The notes below the pieces were generated by a model. It had not been told where the DNA came from. It saw nothing but the letters and a program-made list of their open reading frames with translations, and did not search any database. A DNA stretch of 64,000 nt from the human T2T-CHM13v2.0 reference genome, Homo sapiens. Numbering within the stretch: position 1 is the stretch's first letter; each line of letters starts with the position of its first letter. Shown here piece by piece: positions 44,251 through 57,865 of this stretch. A program made the position numbers and the translations under genes. Location: assembly GCF_009914755.1 (NCBI RefSeq), contig NC_060935.1. One strand, given 5' to 3'.

Positions 44251-44575
44251 CAGAAAGGTAACTATATGAGATGATAGATATGTTCATTTGTTTGACAGTA
44301 GCAATCATTTTACAAAAATTATGTTGTGATTTAAATATATGATATATTACATATATCATATACATTTAAATATTTATGATAAACAAATAAAGTGGTACCC
44401 CTACCTCACACCAAATACAAAACCAATTCAAAACAATCAGTGACCTAGATATGAGAGCTGAAAACATAAAACCACTAGAAAATAAGGTAAATACTCTAGA
44501 CTTTGGATTTGGCAATGGTTTCTTATGTATGACATCAAAAACACAAGAAATAAAACAAAAAATAAATTGGTATGT

Positions 44576-47500
44576 CAGCATGATGACTGACTAAGGGTGT
44601 CTTCTGGTTTTTGCTCCCCTACAAAAAAGGAACAATACAATAAATAAATAACTAAAATTTGATTACAGCATCTGAGGGTAGTATGAAGTACAGCAAGGGA
44701 CTGGCAACATTCCTGGTGAGAGGAGAAGCCCAGGATAGCAACATAGAGAAGTGAGTGAAGGACTTTGTCTCTGCTACCCCATCAGGATCAGCTCAAGGGC
44801 AAAAAGGACTTCCCATTGCAGGGGAGAGATAAGCAGAAAGACCCCAACAGTTTCCATTGCCAGTGCAGATGGCTGTAGTTTATACTACAGAAGAATCCCA
44901 CAGTCCTCACGAGCTCTAAGCTCAGTTTGGGTAGCTGCTTGGCATGTACATGGCTCCATTACTTCACAATATGAGCAAACATCATCCACTCTTCACTCCC
45001 CATATTCACTTGTGACCTACTCTGCTGTGGCATGGCACAATTTTTCAACCAGAGTCACTGCTGTAGTGAGCCTTGCTCAGGGGTTCAGTAGCACTGTACC
45101 TCTCCAGCCTTGGGGCTCCATTCTCCGCTTGATCTTAGCCAAAAAGCTGAGAAGCAATAGGGTCTCCACTCTCATTCCACCAAGACCATACTAGGGGCCG
45201 CAAAGCTATGATCCTAGATACTCAGAACCTGAATCCAAGAATAGGTGTGATACCCATCCTGTACAGTAAAGAAGCCAACCCCAGGCTGACCACACCAAAC
45301 AGCCTAGTGAATCTGTCCCCACCAAGATCCCCCCAGTGTCCCTGGCTGGAGAAAGAATTTAGTGAACTTTCCATGGTTGATTAGTCCCTGAGTCAGTTGA
45401 AAAACTGTACACTTATATCTTTGGCCAAAGAAAGAGCCAGTGGCCATATGTCCCTGGAAAGTCAGTCCCTGACCTGGCTGGCCCTCCATGTGCATGCACA
45501 TGTCCCTGAACACAAAACAAGCTCAGCAAACCCACCCTTGGCAAAGCCATGCCACCACTGCCTCAAACTTCTGCAGCTTAGGCCACTGAGACAGTAACAA
45601 ATATTGTTAATGCAAATTACAGCTGAATGAACTGCATGGAGACTATACTACTGTGTCCGCCCAGAACCAAACCAATGCACTTTACCCAATTGACATCCTA
45701 GGACTGATCTGCAGGACTATTTCCCTATGAAAGGTACTCCATAAAAGTGAAAGAGGTGACTATTATGCGAGATGTACAAATATCCAAGTAGAAACAAAAG
45801 AAACATTTTAAAACAAAGGAATATGACACCTGCAAAGAAGCACAATAATTATTTGGTAATAGATCCCAAATAAAAGAAAATTTACAAAATGCCAAAAAAA
45901 ATAAGTACAATGATCTTAAGGAAACTTGGTGAGATATTAGAGATTACAGCTAGAAAACTCAACGAAATCAGAAAATTAATCCATAATCTAAATTAGAAAT
46001 TGAACAAAGAGCTAGATATGATAAGAAACAAGTAGACAAAATCTAGGAGCTGAAAAAATCAGTGAATATAATAAAAATACAATTAAGAGCTTCAAGAACA
46101 GACTATATAAAGCAGAAGAAGTAATTTCTGAACATGTGGACAGGACTTTTCAAATAACCCAGCTAGAAAAAAATTTAAAAAGAATGAAGAGCACCTACAA
46201 GAATAATGGGACATCATATAGTGAATATATATTTGCTTTATGGTAACTGCAGAAAGATAAGAGATAGGAAGAGCTGCAGAACATTTATTTTAAAAAATAA
46301 TAGCTGAAAATTTCCCAAATCTTGGGAGAGATATGGACTTCTGGATCCAGGAAGCTCCACGACTCCATATAGACACAACCAAAAAAGGTCTTGTCCAAGA
46401 GATATTATAGCCAAATCATCAAAAGTCAAAGAAAGAGAATTCTAAAAACAGAAAGGGAAAATTGCCAAGTCACATGTAAGTCTCCACTAGACTAAGGACA
46501 GATTTCTTGGCAGAAACCTTATAGTCTAGGAGAGAATGGAATGATATTTTCAAAGTGCTGAAGCAACAACAAAAAAAACTGTCAACCAAAAATATTGTAC
46601 CTAGCAAAGTTATCCTTCAGAAATGAAGGAGAAATAAAGTCTCAGGCAAACAAAATTTGAGAGAATTCATTGCCACTACACTGGTCTTAGAAATTAAGAA
46701 AGTCCTACACTTGGAAGCCAAAGGATGATAACTACCATCACAAAAACACATACACCACTATAAAACTCACTGGTAGAGCCGATACATAAAGGAGAAAGAG
46801 AAAGAAATAAAAACTTATCACTATAGAATGCCACCAAATCATGAACATAAACCATAAGAGAAGAAGAAAGGAATAAAGGATATATAAAACAACCAGAAAA
46901 CAACAAAATGACAGACATAAATTCTCACCTGTCAATACTAACTTTAAACATAAATAAATTGAATATCCCAATTAAATACATAGACTGGATTAATGAATTT
47001 AAAAAATACCAACTATATACTGTCTAAAAAAACCCCACTTCTTCACTAAAGACACAAAAAGATTGAGAGTGAAGGAACGGGAAAAGTTTTTTTATGCAAA
47101 TGAAAGCCAAAAGTAAGTAGGAGTAGCTATAATTATATTTAATGAAACAGATGTTAAGTCAAAAAATATAAAAAGAGACAAATAAGATCATTATATAAGC
47201 ATAAAAAGATAAATTCAACAAAATGATTTAAATTATAAATGTATATGCACTCAACACCAGAGCACCAGATGTATAAAGCAAATATTATTAGGTTTAAAGG
47301 GAGAGATAGACTCCAATACAATAATATTTGGGGATTTCAACACCCACTCTAGGCATAGGACAGATCATATAGGAAGAAAATCAACAAATAAATATAAGAT
47401 TTAAACTGCACTATAGACCAAGTAGACTTATCAGACAAACACTTCATCCAGTGGCTGAAGAATAAACATTTATCAGCTCATGGAACATTCTCCAGGATTG

Positions 47501-50500
47501 GTCATATGTTAGGCCACACAACAAGCTTAAACAAATATTTTAAAATTAAAATTATAGCAAATATCTTTTCTCTCCACAATAGAATAAAACTAGAAATCAA
47601 TAATACTAGGAACTTTCAGAAAATGTACAAATGCATGTAAATTAAACAATGTGCTCCTGAATGACCATGGGTCAATAAATAAGAAGAAAAATTTAATATT
47701 TCTTTAAAAACATAGCAAAATTATGGGATACAGAAGAATCAATATTAACAGGAAAATTTATAACAATAACAATAAACACCTACATTTAAAAAGTAGAATT
47801 TTTTCATATAAACAATCTAACAATATACCTTAAGGAAATAGAAGAGTAAGAACAAATTAAATGCCGGATTAGCAGAAGAAAAGAGATCACAAATATCTGA
47901 GCAGAAATACAATTGAGACCAAAAAATAATTAAAAAGATCAACAAAACAAAATGTTGGCTTTAAAAATTTGAGCAAAATTGACAAACCTTTAGCTAGACT
48001 AACCAAGAAAAAAAAGAGAGAGAAGACCCAAGTAAATAAAATTAGAAACTAAAAGGAGACATTACAACATATACCCCAGAAATACAGAGAACTACTAGAG
48101 GTATTATGAACAACTATAGGCCAAGAAATTGGAAAATGTAGAATAAGTGGATCAATTCCTGGACACACACAATCTGCCAAGATTGAACCACCAAGAAATA
48201 GGAAAACTGGACGGACCAATAGTGAGTAAAAAGATTAAATCTGTAATTAAAGTTTTCTAGAGAAAAGAAAGTCTCCAAAGGAAAGCCCAGGACTAGATGT
48301 CTTCACTGCAAATATGCTCATTGCTATGCTATTTACAATAGCAAAGACATGGAATCAACCCAGATGACAATCAATAGTAGACTGAATAAAGAAAATGTGG
48401 TAAATATACACTGTGGAATGCTACACAGCCATCAAAAAGAATAAAATCATGTCCTTTGCAATGACATGGATGGAGCTGGAGGACATAATCTGAAACAAAT
48501 TAATGCAGGAACAGAAAACCAAATACCACATGTTCTCACTTATAAGGGGGAGCTAAGCATTGATAACATATGGACATAAATATAAAAACAATAGACATTG
48601 TGGACTACTAGAGGATGGGGGACAGGTTAAAAAACTACTTATTGGGTACTATGTTCACTACCTGGGTGACAGGGATCCACACTCCAGACCTCAGCATCAT
48701 GAAATATACCCATGTAAGAAATTTGCATGTGTACCCCCTGTATCTAAAATGAAAGTTGAAATTAAAAAATGAAGAAGAACTAATACTAATTCTTCTCAAA
48801 CTATTTCAAAAAATTAAAGTAGAGGAAAATCTTCCAAACTCATTCAATGAGGCTGTATTACCCTCTTATCAAAACCAGGCAACGACACAACAAAAAAGAA
48901 AACTACAGACCAATATCCCTGATGAACACAGATGCAAAAATTCTCCACAAAATGCTAGAAAACAAAATCCAACGGCAAATCAAAAAGATTATACACCATG
49001 ATCAAGTGGAATTTATTCCAGAGGTGCAAGGATAGTTCAATATACGCAAATCAATAAACATGCTATATCACATCAACAGAATAAAGAGCAAAAACCATGT
49101 GATAATTGGAACAGAAGTAGAAAAAGCATTTGATAAAATTTAACTTCCCTTCATGATAAAACTATCTTCAAATTAAGCATGAAGAAATGTATCCCAACAC
49201 AATAAAAGCCATATATAACAAACCCACAGCTGACATCATACTGGATGGAGAAAGGCTAAAAGCTTTTCCTCTAAGAACTGAAAGAAGTGAAGGATACCCA
49301 TTTAACCACTCCTATTAAACATATTACTGGAAGTTCTAGCCAGAGCTGTTAGGCAAGAGAAAGAAATAAAGGGCATCTAAATTGGAAAGAAGGATGTCCC
49401 TGTTTGCAGCCACATAATCCTATACCTAAAGACTCCACCATAAAAAACCTGGAAATGATAAATGAATTTGATGAAGTTGCTAGATAAGAAAATCAACATA
49501 TAACAATCAGTGTTTTCTACACACTCACAACAGACTAGCTGAAAAAGAGGTAAACAAAGTAATTTTATTTATAATAACTACCAAAAAACCTACAAATAAA
49601 TTTAACCATGGAGGTGAAAAATTTCTACAAGAAAAACCATAAAACATTGATGAAAAAAATTGAAAAGGACACAAATAAATGGAAAGATATCCCATGTTCA
49701 GTGATTGTAAGAATTAGTCTTGTTAAAATGGCCATACTGTCCAAGGCACTATACAGATTTAATGAAATGCCTATTAAAATTTTAATGTTTTTTTCACAGA
49801 ATAGAAAAAAACAATCCAAAAAACCATATGAAACCACAAAAGACCCTAAATAGTGAAAGAAGTTCTAAACAAAAAGCACAAAGCTAGAGGCATCACAGGA
49901 TGTGGCATCAAAATATACTACAAAGCTATAGTAACCAAAATGGCATGGTACTGGCATAAAAGTAGACACATATACTAATGTAACAGAATAAACAACATGT
50001 AAATACGTTCAGGATTTTATAGCCAACTAATGGTCAATAAAGACACCAAGAACACTCACTGGGGGAAAGGATAGTCTCTTTAATAAATGGTCCTGGGAAA
50101 ATTAGATATCCATATGTAAAAAAAATTGGACATCTATCTTTCATCACATATAAAAATCATCTCAAAATTGATTAATTACTTAAATGTGAGACTCAAAACT
50201 CTGAAACTACTAGGAGAAAACTTGGAAGAAATGCCTCAGGATATTGACCTTGGCAAAGATCGTATAGTGAAAACCTCAAAAGCACAGGCAACAAAAGCAA
50301 AAATAGACAAATGGGATTATAGCAAACTAAATATTTCTATACAGCAGAGGAAACAATGAATAGAGTAGAAAGACACCATGAAGAATGGGTGAAAATATTT
50401 GCAAACTATTCATTCAATGAGAGGGTAATATCTAGAATATACAACAAACTCAAGAGCCAAAAAACAAATAACCCAATATAAAAAATGGGCAAAAAATCTG

Positions 50501-51485
50501 AATAGATATTTATTAAAAAGAGACATACAAATGGTCAACACATATATTTTAAAATGTTCAGCATCATGAATCATCAGAAAAATGCAAATCAAAACCACAA
50601 TGAGATACCATCTTGCCCCAGTTATAATAGCTATTATCAGAAAGATAAAACACAAAAATTATGAGGATATGAAGAAAGGGAAACTCTTACACACTGATGA
50701 TGGGAATGTAAATTAGTATAGCCATTGTGAAAACAGTATGGAGGTTCTTAAAAAAAAAACTAAAAATACCACTGCCATATGATCCAGCAGTTTCACCATT
50801 GGGTATATACCCAAAGGAAAGGAGATTGGTATGTCTAAAAATATCTGTAACCCCATGTTTATTACAATGTTATTCTTAATGGTCAAGATTTAATATTAAC
50901 TCAAATGTCTATCAACAGAAGACTGAATTTAAAAATGTGATGCATATACACGATGGAATACTATGCAGCCATAAAAGAACAAAATTCTGTCATTTGCCTC
51001 AACAAATGGAGGAGTCTGAAGGATGTTAAGTGAAATATGCCAGGTACAGAAAGGTAAGTACTGCATGTTCTCATTCATATGTGGAATCTAAAATTGTTTA
51101 TCTCATAGAATTAGATAATTAATTAGTGACTCTTAGAGGCTGGGAAGGCTAGGGAGGAAGGAGGATAAGGAAAGGTTGGTTAACACACAAAATTACAGCT
51201 AGGTAGGAGAAAAAAGTTCTAGTGTTCTATAGCACTGTGGGGTGGCTATAGTTAATAAGGATTTATTGTACATATTCAAAGAGCTAGAAGAAATGATATT
51301 TGAATGTTCCCAACACAAAGAAATGATAAATGTTTCAGATGTTGGATTTGCTAATTACTTTGATATGATCACTGCACATTGCATAAATGCATCAGAATAC
51401 ACTGTATCCATAAAAATGTACGATTGTTATGTTTCAACTAAAATACTAATAAAAAGAAAGGGACACATTAAGGCTCAAAAATAAT
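44576..51485 (+). mobile_element. Near full-length degraded L1MA-type LINE (5'UTR, ORF1, ORF2, 3'UTR)
   Basis: 5' agcatgatgactgactaag; ORF1 remnants at 45.8-46.7 kb; ORF2 remnants ([16 protein letters not shown]); L1MA 3' end (aattacagctaggtaggag...caacacaaagaaatgataaatgtt). Confidence 0.85.
48310..48770 (+). mobile_element. L1PA15/16-like 3' fragment nested in L1MA ORF2
   Basis: aatagcaaagacatggaatcaacc...tatctaaaatgaaagttgaaattaaaaaa; host ORF2 resumes at gaagaagaactaatac. Confidence 0.85.
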
Positions 51486-51579
51486 AAAAATTAAAGATTA
51501 AAATCATACTATTAAAAATATATCAAGGGAATAAAGTAGTATGTTCTTTCCAGGGGCAATAGAGTAAATATTTACAAGT

Positions 51580-51765
51580 AGGGCTCTGTCACATATGCTG
51601 TGCAACCTTAGGCAAGTGTCTTAGATTTTTTGTGTCTCAAATACCTCATCCATAAAATGGAGATTTAAAAACTGTATCTTGTATGATTGTCAAGAGAATC
51701 AAATGATTCACTGTGTGTGAAGTGTTTTAAATAGGGTCTTCATTAAGGTGAGATATCGCTGTTAT
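51580..51765. mobile_element. MIR fragment
   Basis: gctgtgcaaccttaggcaagt...cctcatccataaaatgg...gagaatcaaatga. Confidence 0.75.
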
Positions 51766-51772
51766 GTTTTCA

Positions 51773-52665
51773 AAAATAGATAAATTATATTTGAAAATTA
51801 CAAACTTTTGGGCATCAAAGTACATTATCAAAAAGTGAAAAGGAAATCTACAGAATTAGAAAAACATTTGCAAATTATATAAATACATAAAAAATCCTCA
51901 ATATCATTATTTATCAGGAGAAATTTAAATAAAAACTACCAGGAGATACTATTTTATAATCCATTAGGATGGCTATTGAAAAAGAAATGGAAACTAACAA
52001 ATATTGGCATGGATGTAGAGAAATTGGAGCCCTTATAAATTGCTGGTGGAAATGTAAAATTGTAGAGCTGATATGAAAAACAATTTGTTAGTCTTCAAAA
52101 GTTAAACTCAAATTACCATATGCATGAGCCATCCTACTTCCTGTTATCTACTTAAAGAACAAAAACAGTTCTTCAAATAATGCTTTCCCACAAATATCCA
52201 TAGCATCATTAGTAAAATATTAACAATTGCTCAAAGGTGAAAACACCCCAATGTTCATCAACTGAGAATGGAAGAACAAAATGTAGTACATATGTATGAT
52301 TAAATATTACTCAGCTGTAAAAATAAAATATTAATACATGTTACAATATGAATGAGCCTTGAAAACATTCTGTAAAGTAAAATAAATCATACATAAAAGG
52401 TCACATATTATGAGATTACATTTATGTGATCTATACAGAATTGGTAAATCCATAGAGATTGAAATAAGATTATTGGTCCCCAGGGTCAGGGGGCTGAGGG
52501 AATGAGGGACTACTGCTTAATGAGTATGGAATCTTCTTTGTGAGTAAAAAAAACTTTTGAAATTAGATATATGTGATGGTTTCACAACTTTATGAATGTA
52601 CTAAATATCAATGAATTATATACTTTTAAATAATCAATTTTATTTTATGGACATTTCATATAAAT
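51773..52665 (+). mobile_element. L1MB-like 3' end (continues fragment 44380-44575)
   Basis: aaaaatagataaatt...catcaaag...ttggtaaatccatagaga...ctgcttaatgagtatgg...tgaatgtactaaat. Confidence 0.75.
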
Positions 52666-53089
52666 TAAAAAGGTGGAGTCAGGGAAAAATTGCATAGGCA
52701 TAAAATGGAGAAAAGAACCTGACTGTGAAGGGAGAGATCAGACTGATGCAGACAAAAGTCAAGGAATGCTGGCAGCCACCTGAAGATGAAATATGCATGG
52801 AACTGATTATTTCCTAGAGATTCTGGAGACTGATACCTTGGTTTCATTCTAGTGAAACTGATTTTGGACATTTGACCTCCAAAACTGTAAGAAAATAAAA
52901 TGTGTTGTTTTACTTCCCTAAGCATGTGGTAATTTGTCACAACCAAAGGGAACTAATACAAAATCTTTGTTGTGTTAAACCATTGGGTTTTCACTTAATG
53001 TGTTACTGCAGTAAAATCTAGCATCTTTTATTACCTGTCTTCTTGTTTTCTACAAACAGATGATGAGTTTTTCCTATTAGTTCTCCTTA

Positions 53090-54320
53090 TTATTCATTTA
53101 CTCATTCACTAAAATCTTTTACTGAGCCCCAACTCTGTTCCAGGCATGAATCTTTGTTAGTGACCAAGTCAGAAATTGTTCCTGTATGCATCAAGCTTTT
53201 ATTCTTGTTGAAAAACAAATTTAAGTAAACACACACAAATAGATAACTTTGTATTGTGATCAATATTATGAAGGAACAGATAATAGAGATAAAATTGGAT
53301 AGGCCTTTTTAACTTTAATATGTAAATTTGTTCCTTCACTGAGTTGCCATTTTATTAGACACTCTTGAGTCCTTCCATGTAATCAACATCAGATCAGACT
53401 AATATCTGAGAATAATGACTGAGTAGTGCAGCTACATTTATAAAAATGAATCTATATAATTAATAAGTGTTTCAATAGTTCTATGGAGAAGGGTGACAAA
53501 CTAGGTGATGAAATGACATAAGAATAAGAAAAGGAATAGAGAGAAGTAATTACTAACATATTTTGAACAGCTATTCTGTTTCAGGCACTGTGCTGTGTTC
53601 TCACTCATTCAGTACCCATTCAAAATAATTCTATGAGTAGGTGGTATTTTCACAAGTAGAATCTCAGAACATTTAATTAACTTGACACTTGTCACAAAGC
53701 TTTGTTGAAATGGAATTCATATGCAGCTTTATTCTGTGTTTCAAATCTGTGTACTTTTATTTGTGCTTGTCATTTTAGTCATGACTTGGAGAATGGATAA
53801 GGATTTAAAAATAAACAATTGTGGAATTAAATTGTGATGGAGAAATTTGACACTTTTTCCATTATATGCTGTCCAGCCCCATTACCTACAAACAGTATCC
53901 AGATTGTATTATGAAAGTCTGTCTGTATTAGTTAGGATAAATAACGCTAGCTGCCATACAAGTAAACTCGGAAATTACAGTGGCATGATCATAGAAGATT
54001 TTCTTGCCCACAGGTTATTCAATTAATTGTTCTATAGGAATTCACACAGAGATTCAATGACCCAGGTCTTTTCACTAAGTGATTCCATTATCCCCCGTAG
54101 TCTGAATTTTGTCTCTCCAGATGGTGACAAAGAGAGCATACAGAGGACTACATGAAGAGTATCATGGGCCAGAGTTGAAATGGCATATATGACTTCACAA
54201 ATTGGATTGTCAAAAATACAATCACATAGCCACAAAGTACTGCATAAAGGCTGAGAAACAGCCTAGGTATGAGTACAGTAAAAATAAAATAGTTTGGAAA
54301 ACAACTACCAGTCTTTTCCA
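53090..54320. mobile_element. L2, MIR and MLT1 remnants
   Basis: attcatttactcattcac...tgttccaggc (L2); tgtttcaggcactgtgct...aattaacttg (MIR); tgtattagttaggata (MLT1). Confidence 0.55.
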
Positions 54321-54577
54321 TTGTAATACTTATGATCATCCAATATCCACTTTATACTTCTTCCCATAGAAAGAACATATTATCTACCTCCCCCAAAGAG
54401 ACCACCTAAATCCCAACTAGTCACCATACAAGCTCAACCTCAGGTTAAATGGTCTTCTCCATATAATCAGGATGTGGCTCCTTGTGGTTCAGCAATTTAT
54501 GAACCAAAAAGAAAACTTAGCTCCTTCTACATTCACATCCAATACATAAAGTCATACCAGAGTAAAGATAATTAGCA

Positions 54578-54590
54578 AACACATACACAG

Positions 54591-54617
<27 letters not shown>
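54578..54617. repeat. (CA)n microsatellite
   Basis: acacatacacagacacacacacacacacacacacacaca. Confidence 0.9.
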
Positions 54618-54621
<4 letters not shown>

Positions 54622-55140
54622 AAAGTCATCCCCATGTATACAAGACAGTAATGGGAGGCACACTGGTTGGTTTTAAAATCTTACAGAATTGGCATTATGA
54701 AAGTCCCTCACCCAAGTAATGATATATATTTTTTTATGAGACCCTGATTTTTTTCTCTGGGGAAAACTCCATTTTCCATTGTTTTCCTTGGCTGCTGGTG
54801 TAATCTCTTCAGCATTTCTCTTCTTATCCATTATTCTTCATTACCATTTCTGAAGTGTGTTGAACACAAAATCCTGTCTAGCACAAAATAAAGGCAATTT
54901 ATTAATAAACTTGCAGCAAGGAAACCATCTTCTATTATTTTTACTTCAGCAGGATTGCAAGTGTGTTAGAAGGGACAGTAAGCTCATTGAGTAAAATGGA
55001 ATAAATACTGAACCAGTGAATCATTGGCAACCATCTTATTAAGATAAGACTTTTGGAAGGGGTAGAAACAATAATTGGTCTTCAGGTACATTTGTCAGTC
55101 CTTAGTTGGCTACAAGGTGAAAAGCAAATGGTTTGGAGAA

Positions 55141-56056
55141 TTTCTTTTTTTTAATTTTTTATTAATTTTAATTTTTTATTTTATTTTATTATTATTATAC
55201 TTTAAGTTTTAGGGTACGTGTGCACAATGTGCAGGTTTGTTACATATGTATACATGTGCCATGTTGGTGTGCTGCACCCATTAACTCGTCATTTAGCATT
55301 ACGTATATCTCCTAATGCTCTCCCTCCCCCTTCCCCCAACCCCACAACAGGCCCCAGAGTGTGATGTTCCCCTTCCTGTGTCCATGTGTTCTCATTGTTC
55401 AATTCCCACCTATGAGTGAGAGCATGTAGTGTTTGGTTTTTTGTCCTTGCGATAGTTTACTGAGAATGATGATTTCCAATTTCATCCATGTCCCTACAAA
55501 GGACATGATCTCATCATTTTTTATGGCTGCATAGTATTCCATGGTGTATATGTGCCACATTTTCTTAATCCAGTCTATCATTGTTGGACATGTGGGTTGG
55601 TTCCAAGTCTTTGCTATTGTGAATAGTGCCGCAATAAACATACGTGTACATGTGTCTTTATAGCAGCATGATTTATAGTCCTTTGGGTATATACCCAGTA
55701 ATGGGATGGCTGGGTCAAATGGTATTTCAAGTTCTAGATCCCTGAGGAATCGCCACACTGACTTCCACAATGGTTGAGCAAGTTTACAGTCCCACCAACA
55801 GTGTAAAAGTGTTCCTACTTCTCCACATCCTCTCCAGCACCTGTTGTTTCCTGACTTTTTAATGATTGCCATTCTAACTGGTGTGAGATGGTATCTCATT
55901 GTGGTTTTGATTTGCATTTCTCTGATGGCCAGTGATGGTGAGCATTTTTTCATGTGTTTTTTGGCTGCATAAATGTCTTCTTTTGAGAAGTGTCTGTTCA
56001 TATCCTTCACCCACTTTTTGATGGGGTTGTTTGTTTTTTTCTTGTAAATTTGTTTA
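55141..56056 (-). mobile_element. Young 5'-truncated L1PA3-like element
   Basis: Poly-T, 3'UTR and intact ORF2 C-terminus (…[11 protein letters not shown]…[10 protein letters not shown]). Confidence 0.95.
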
Positions 56057-56142
56057 AAATTTTTTTTTTAAAATTTTACTTTAAGTTTTGGGATACATGT
56101 GCAGAACACACAGGTTTGTTACAGAGGTATATGTGTGCCATA
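56057..56142 (-). mobile_element. Short older L1PA 3' stub
   Basis: tttttttttaaaattttactttaagttttgggatacatgtgcagaac...atgtgtgcca. Confidence 0.75.
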
Positions 56143-56939
56143 CAAGAATTTTAAATTCAAGCCTCATAGCTTTGTTACAGTAAAATAACTAGATTAGGTG
56201 ACCACTCATAGGGAATTTCCATTCAAGTCGAAGATACGATAAACAGGTGAACAAATAATACCGGAGTTTAATGTTGATAATGATTTTGAAGAATGAAGTA
56301 GGCTGAGGAAAGAAGGTCCATGGGAGGGGAGAGGCTATATTATGAAGTAGTTCAGGAAAGGCATGATCTGCCTGGGTGGGTTAACATTTAAGCAACAATA
56401 TTAAATGAGTATGGAAATTTTGTGAGCAGAGGAAACAGCAAATAAAGAGCTCCTAAGACAAGAGCATGCCTAGAGATGTGGGCCCAACCAAAGCAACGAT
56501 GGTGGCACAACAATTTCAAAACATTTACTGCCAAAAAAGAGAATAGCATTATTATTAATATCAATGCTTTTTTAAAAAACAAAATGTGAAGTTGGTAGTC
56601 ATATGGGTAAGGTAAAAGATGACAATATTTTCTCTGCTTTTATTCTAATTTGACTATCTTTTCAAGGTTGTCATGTGAATATGCTTTCTCTCACCAAATC
56701 ACTACATAATGACTGAAACATTAATATTAAGATACTGTAATTATTTATATTTAGATAAAATGTGCCAATAAAAAACTATACTCTATTAAAACCAGTATCA
56801 TATTTCTCTCTATTTCGCATGCTTAGAGCTATTTCTCAACTAAAGAAATTAATAATATAATAATATAATATAATACAGAAAGCTATTGCATAAGGTGGAT
56901 CTAAGAGGGATAGAATGACTTTTTATGGATTTTACATTA

Positions 56940-57865
56940 TTAAAAGACTAAACCCAGAAAATATTTTGTCTCCTCAACAAACAGTCTTGAATGCACTCTT
57001 GACCTCATTGTTTCTCAGGCTATAAACCACAGGGATTAGCATGGGGATAACCATAATATGAAACACAGATACAATTTTTTCTGTGTTCATGAAATGATAG
57101 AACTTGGCTGCACATATGTGATGAGGACAGTCTCATAAAATAAAGGAACTGCAGTGAGGTGAGAACCATAGGTAGATAAAACCTTCTTGTATACTTAAAG
57201 AGAGCATCTTTAAAATGGTGACAAATACAAATACAAACAAGCAGGAAATCAAGATAACTAGGAGGGTAAAAAATATAGCTTGAAGTAGGAACAAGGATCA
57301 ACTCATTAATATGTTTATTAGAGCAAGTCAGAGTCATGACTGCCAGAATATCACAGAAAAAGTGATGGATCTCATTGGACATAAAATGTCTCCAATGTCA
57401 ACAGCAGCAGTCAGTAAACCTAAGACATGCATGTATGGCCAGAGAAGCACACACATTTGTTGTCATGGTGGTGGTGTAATGTAGGGGTTTACACATTACT
57501 CTGTAGCAATCATAGGCCACTGAAGTCAAGAAGTAACTTTCCACAGTAGCAAAGACTGCAAAAAAGAACATCTGAGCAGCACATACATTGTAGGAGATGA
57601 CCTTGTGAGCTATCAGCAACCCAGCCATCATCTTTGGAGTGACAGTTTCTGAGTAGCAAAAGTCCACCAGAGACAGGTTACTGAGGAAAAAGTACATGGA
57701 AGTGTGGAGACGAGAGTCCAGCAGGATCAACAGCATCATCCCCAGGTTCCCACTCAGAGTGAAGAGGTAGATGAAGTTAAATAAGACAAAGAGGTGGACC
57801 TGTAGTTCTGGGGCTTTGGTTAGTCCTAGTCATATGAATTCATTTACCTCTGTATTATCATCTAT
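56940..57865 (-). pseudogene. OR5B15P: OR5B pseudogene, OR5B17-like cassette (probably OR5B15P)
   Basis: Start codon ATA (IDDNTEVNEFI-stop), [30 protein letters not shown], multiple frameshifts; C-terminus parallels OR5B17. Symbol from recalled gene order only. Confidence 0.85.

Larger units (their letters stand above)
43392..52960 (+). mobile_element. MLT1D-like LTR split by about 9 kb of L1s (halves 43392-43575 and 52665-52960)
   Basis: tgtagggatggataatggtccc... and ...ggaatgctggcagccacc...tttgtcacaacc...aactaataca; 5-bp TSD aaatc at 43387-43391 and 52961-52965. Confidence 0.8.
43060..53025 (+). mobile_element. Old MLT1 (I/J-like) LTR, split: 43060-43390 and 52961-53025
   Basis: Resumes after the MLT1D with aaatctttgttgtgttaaaccattg...tgttactgcag. 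Confidence 0.5.

Noticed and set aside
44751-45194. 147-aa ORF
   Set aside because: Lies in the L1MA 5'UTR, has a non-ATG start and no recognisable domain.
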